A stretch of DNA of 64,000 bases. Source: Fimbriosthenelais zetlandica. Taxonomy: Eukaryota. The notes beneath the pieces are model-generated. The model was given only the letters and a program-made list of their open reading frames with translations. It had not been told where the DNA came from and searched no databases. The stretch is from positions 11,284,001 to 11,348,000 of the forward strand of contig OZ365113.1 in NCBI GenBank assembly GCA_977030845.1. The letters run 5' to 3'. Numbering within the stretch: position 1 is the first letter of the stretch; each line of letters starts with the position of its first letter. The position numbers and the translations under genes were made by a program. Shown piece by piece: positions 61,201 through 64,000 of this stretch.

Positions 61201-64000
61201 CAACCGATTTGAACCATTTATAAAGCATTGCATTTCCCATGTTGCAGGCTATCATTTGAACTTATTTCTGCTAACATAAATCTAAAATTTAATTTTCCAT
61301 TCGCGTAGCTACAGTCATACATAGATTGACCTTGTCAATAATAAAGGGTAAAATCAGCCATAAAACTTAAATCACTGAAGTTAATGCATCTTCTTTAGGA
61401 CCTTCCTTATTGTACTGAGGGGCGCCGTTATGATATGTGAAGGTGTAGAGAGTGCGCTTGTAGAGGCGAGTGGGAGGACAAGTCATCAGATGTATGTGTC
61501 AAGGTTGTAGCCCTGGCTTGATGTAGCACAGCCCTTAATCCCCACTGATCACCTTCATTTAGTAGACCACTTTTTAATCTCTTCCCGCTCGTTAGCCGCT
61601 CGGCTTCCGGTTCCCACAAGTCACCTAACCAGGGGGTTGGAGTGAGAAGGGCAGACCGCCTATTCTCTCAAATTATCACTGATATACGCAACAAAGGAAG
61701 TTATTTCTCAGAATGCTGAATGGAAGGCTTATGAATATGCCTTATATAGCTAGGTCAGCTATTTTCTATCTGAGAGAACTAATATAATATCAAGAGGAAC
61801 TGCATTTGATTGTATGCTTCCATAGCTCTTCAGAGACCTGTTCTTTTTTTGACGCCCTGCATAACTTGGTTGTAAAAATAAATTAATTTTATGCTGTTCT
61901 GTAATTTAATCATCGCACGTAATATTATAGGGACCCATCTCAATGCCATACAACACAAAGGGAGCCACACAAGTTAGGCTGTGATATAAGCGTCATCAGG
62001 ACCGCCCCCCCCCCTCCCTCCCTCGCCAGCCCCTTGTCCATCGATACATCTTCCCACTTGTCAGGTTCGCCACCAATCACATGCCACCCGGATCTAGGTC
62101 TGGATCTGAATTGTCACGAGAATTCATTCTTGTTTATCTTTTTATGCCTGCAAGAGATTAATCACTAGAGTATACTGTGAATCTTAATAATGCCAACAAA
62201 TGAATCAACTATGAAGGTTTTTTTTGAGTAGTGGATGTCTCTGGATAACTATCAGAGAGGAATCGAGTATAGCTATACACAGATGGAGAAAAATGATGCA
62301 TTTTGCACTAAATTTGTGATACATTGTATAGGCCTACCGGGAGTATATAACCTGACTGTTGAATAAATATAGCACATGCATAGGAGTAAGGTTTCTCTTT
62401 CCCGTTGTAACTCTCAGAATACACGGACCATCATCCTCCCCTCTCTTTCCTCTCCCTTTCCATGTTGACTAACCTGAAAACCCACTCTAGATGGCGACAC
62501 TGTGCCCCTCCAGTCACTAAGCCCTATTCCTAGTCCCTCATTAGAAACAAGCCTTGATACGAAGATCTTCATTCAAATCACTCTCTCCTATCAACCCATG
62601 AATTATTCAGTATTGAATTTTCCACTTTGTGCAAGACTTTTTTTCGTACAGGCAAAGCATCCTCTTTGTGTAAGTCCTGCAGGATTGAAAATCGAGGGAT
62701 AAATTGGTCAGCCCGCCCGAGTTTTTAGGCGGAAAAAGAGTGTTTTCATAATTTGTTCTCCATTAGGAGTAACGAGGATTGATTATGCAGCACCACGTGG
62801 TATTTCGGGCTTAATCCAAGCAATGGATAGGAGGATGAAACTGAGCACTAATTCATCTGTCATGGGGCGGATGTTGGAAACAAGGCGGGGATGGTTGGAT
62901 GGCTTGGTCGGGGATGCATGGGGTCGATGGGACATTGAACTGAATGGGATATAGAAGTAGCTGGGGCGGGGGGTATCTATATAATATTATGAGGAGGAAC
63001 TGTTGATAAAATACAATTGAGAAAGAGATAGGATGATGTAGTTTCCACAGTTTGAATGATCCCTAATTAATTGGATTTATATTTTCATATCCCGGGTGAA
63101 CCTTCTAATAATTTACGTCTTCCATACACCTGCTCACAACAAAGTTGGATAACTCGTGATTTACCGTCTAAAGAACACCGGTTCTCCGTTATGATGAAAC
63201 TTTTGACTGATGTACCTTTTCCCTCCAAAGGAAATCATTAGAATTACTTCTAATTGAAATATCGGTCTCTTCATCATGGTAAAGCATGACATGGGCAAAC
63301 AAATGTGCCTTCCCGAATGATTGCTGCTTGATTTATTGAAATACTGTAACATAATGTTTTCCTTCTTGAAGCCTGAATAATTATTCAAGATTATGTTTTA
63401 AATTTACTGTGTTTATGTTGCTACGTCAGTAAAGCACACATGGACATCATATAGGCCTACAAGGAATTAGGTTGGCCTCTTCATAGATAGGCTAGATAAT
63501 AAAGTCTTTGTTCCTTCCTTTTATGAGAATGAGGTATGATGCTTGATGTCCCTTTCTCATCGGGAGCAACGAAAATAATTGAGAAAGCAACTGCTCACTA
63601 AGAGATAAAATGCTGATACCATCAAAAGTCTTCAATACCCATCATGTCTAGAGCTACTTCTTGATAAATGATCCCTTCCACCTGCTCTTGCGTTGTTCCA
63701 CTTACGTGAAAGCCCTACCTCCCCACCTCTGTGCCATGAATAATCAGTAGAGAAATTTAGCCAAATAAATTGGGCACAGTTTGGTTGGGAACATCATCAG
63801 GTTAAGCAGGTGTTCCTAATGACAAATGGACTAAGGATGCAGGCTGGTAATTAGCCCAAATTGAATGTTCGCCGTAAATTGCCAATTGGTAACAAGCCTA
63901 TTCCGCTGAAGTCAATCACATTATTTTACATAATTATTACCTCTCACATAATACACATTACCATTTGACTTCTAATTTTAATGTAGCCTCTCATTTTAAT

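Noticed and set aside
26190-63388. Numerous 60-135 aa ORFs in the ORF track
   Set aside because: Most derive from low-complexity, purine/pyrimidine-skewed or decayed TE sequence, with no recognisable domains or splice-consistent chains.

Overview
Eukaryotic (invertebrate animal) genomic DNA, AT-rich, with one 137-N assembly gap (2568-2704). The first ~19 kb holds a tight cluster of three RNA-binding-protein genes. (1) Roquin (RC3H1/2 orthologue) lies on the minus strand; I could reconstruct 16 phase-consistent coding exons from 6767 down to 1, and the gene runs off the window. (2) Head-to-head with it is a plus-strand gene A (9986-11921, ~597-599 aa): bipartite NLS, three ADAR2/ILF3-type dsRBDs, an RGG region and a Tyr/Gly/Ser/Asp-rich tail, with no deaminase or DZF domain. 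(3) A tandem, highly diverged paralogue, gene B (15329-18570, ~1009 aa), keeps two dsRBDs and the same phase-1 intron. It lacks the RGG/Tyr tail and instead carries three tandem phospho-SIM-like motifs, a 17.5-copy Lys-rich heptad array and a 5+1-copy 40-aa repeat, each copy with a psi-K-x-E-P SUMO consensus. This A/B pair is the best candidate for an undescribed system: dsRNA-binding proteins with two different predicted condensate chemistries, one of them a self-contained poly-SUMO/poly-SIM dsRBD scaffold. The function is inferred, not shown. The remaining ~45 kb has no recognisable intact gene. It contains a tRNA-derived SINE with a 12-bp TSD, a TIR-bounded MITE, fossil LINE fragments, microsatellites, orphan promoter- and exon-like patches, and a strong excess of TA-flanked 8-bp palindromes (TAGGCCTA). 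All homology calls are from motif recognition by eye; no searches were run.
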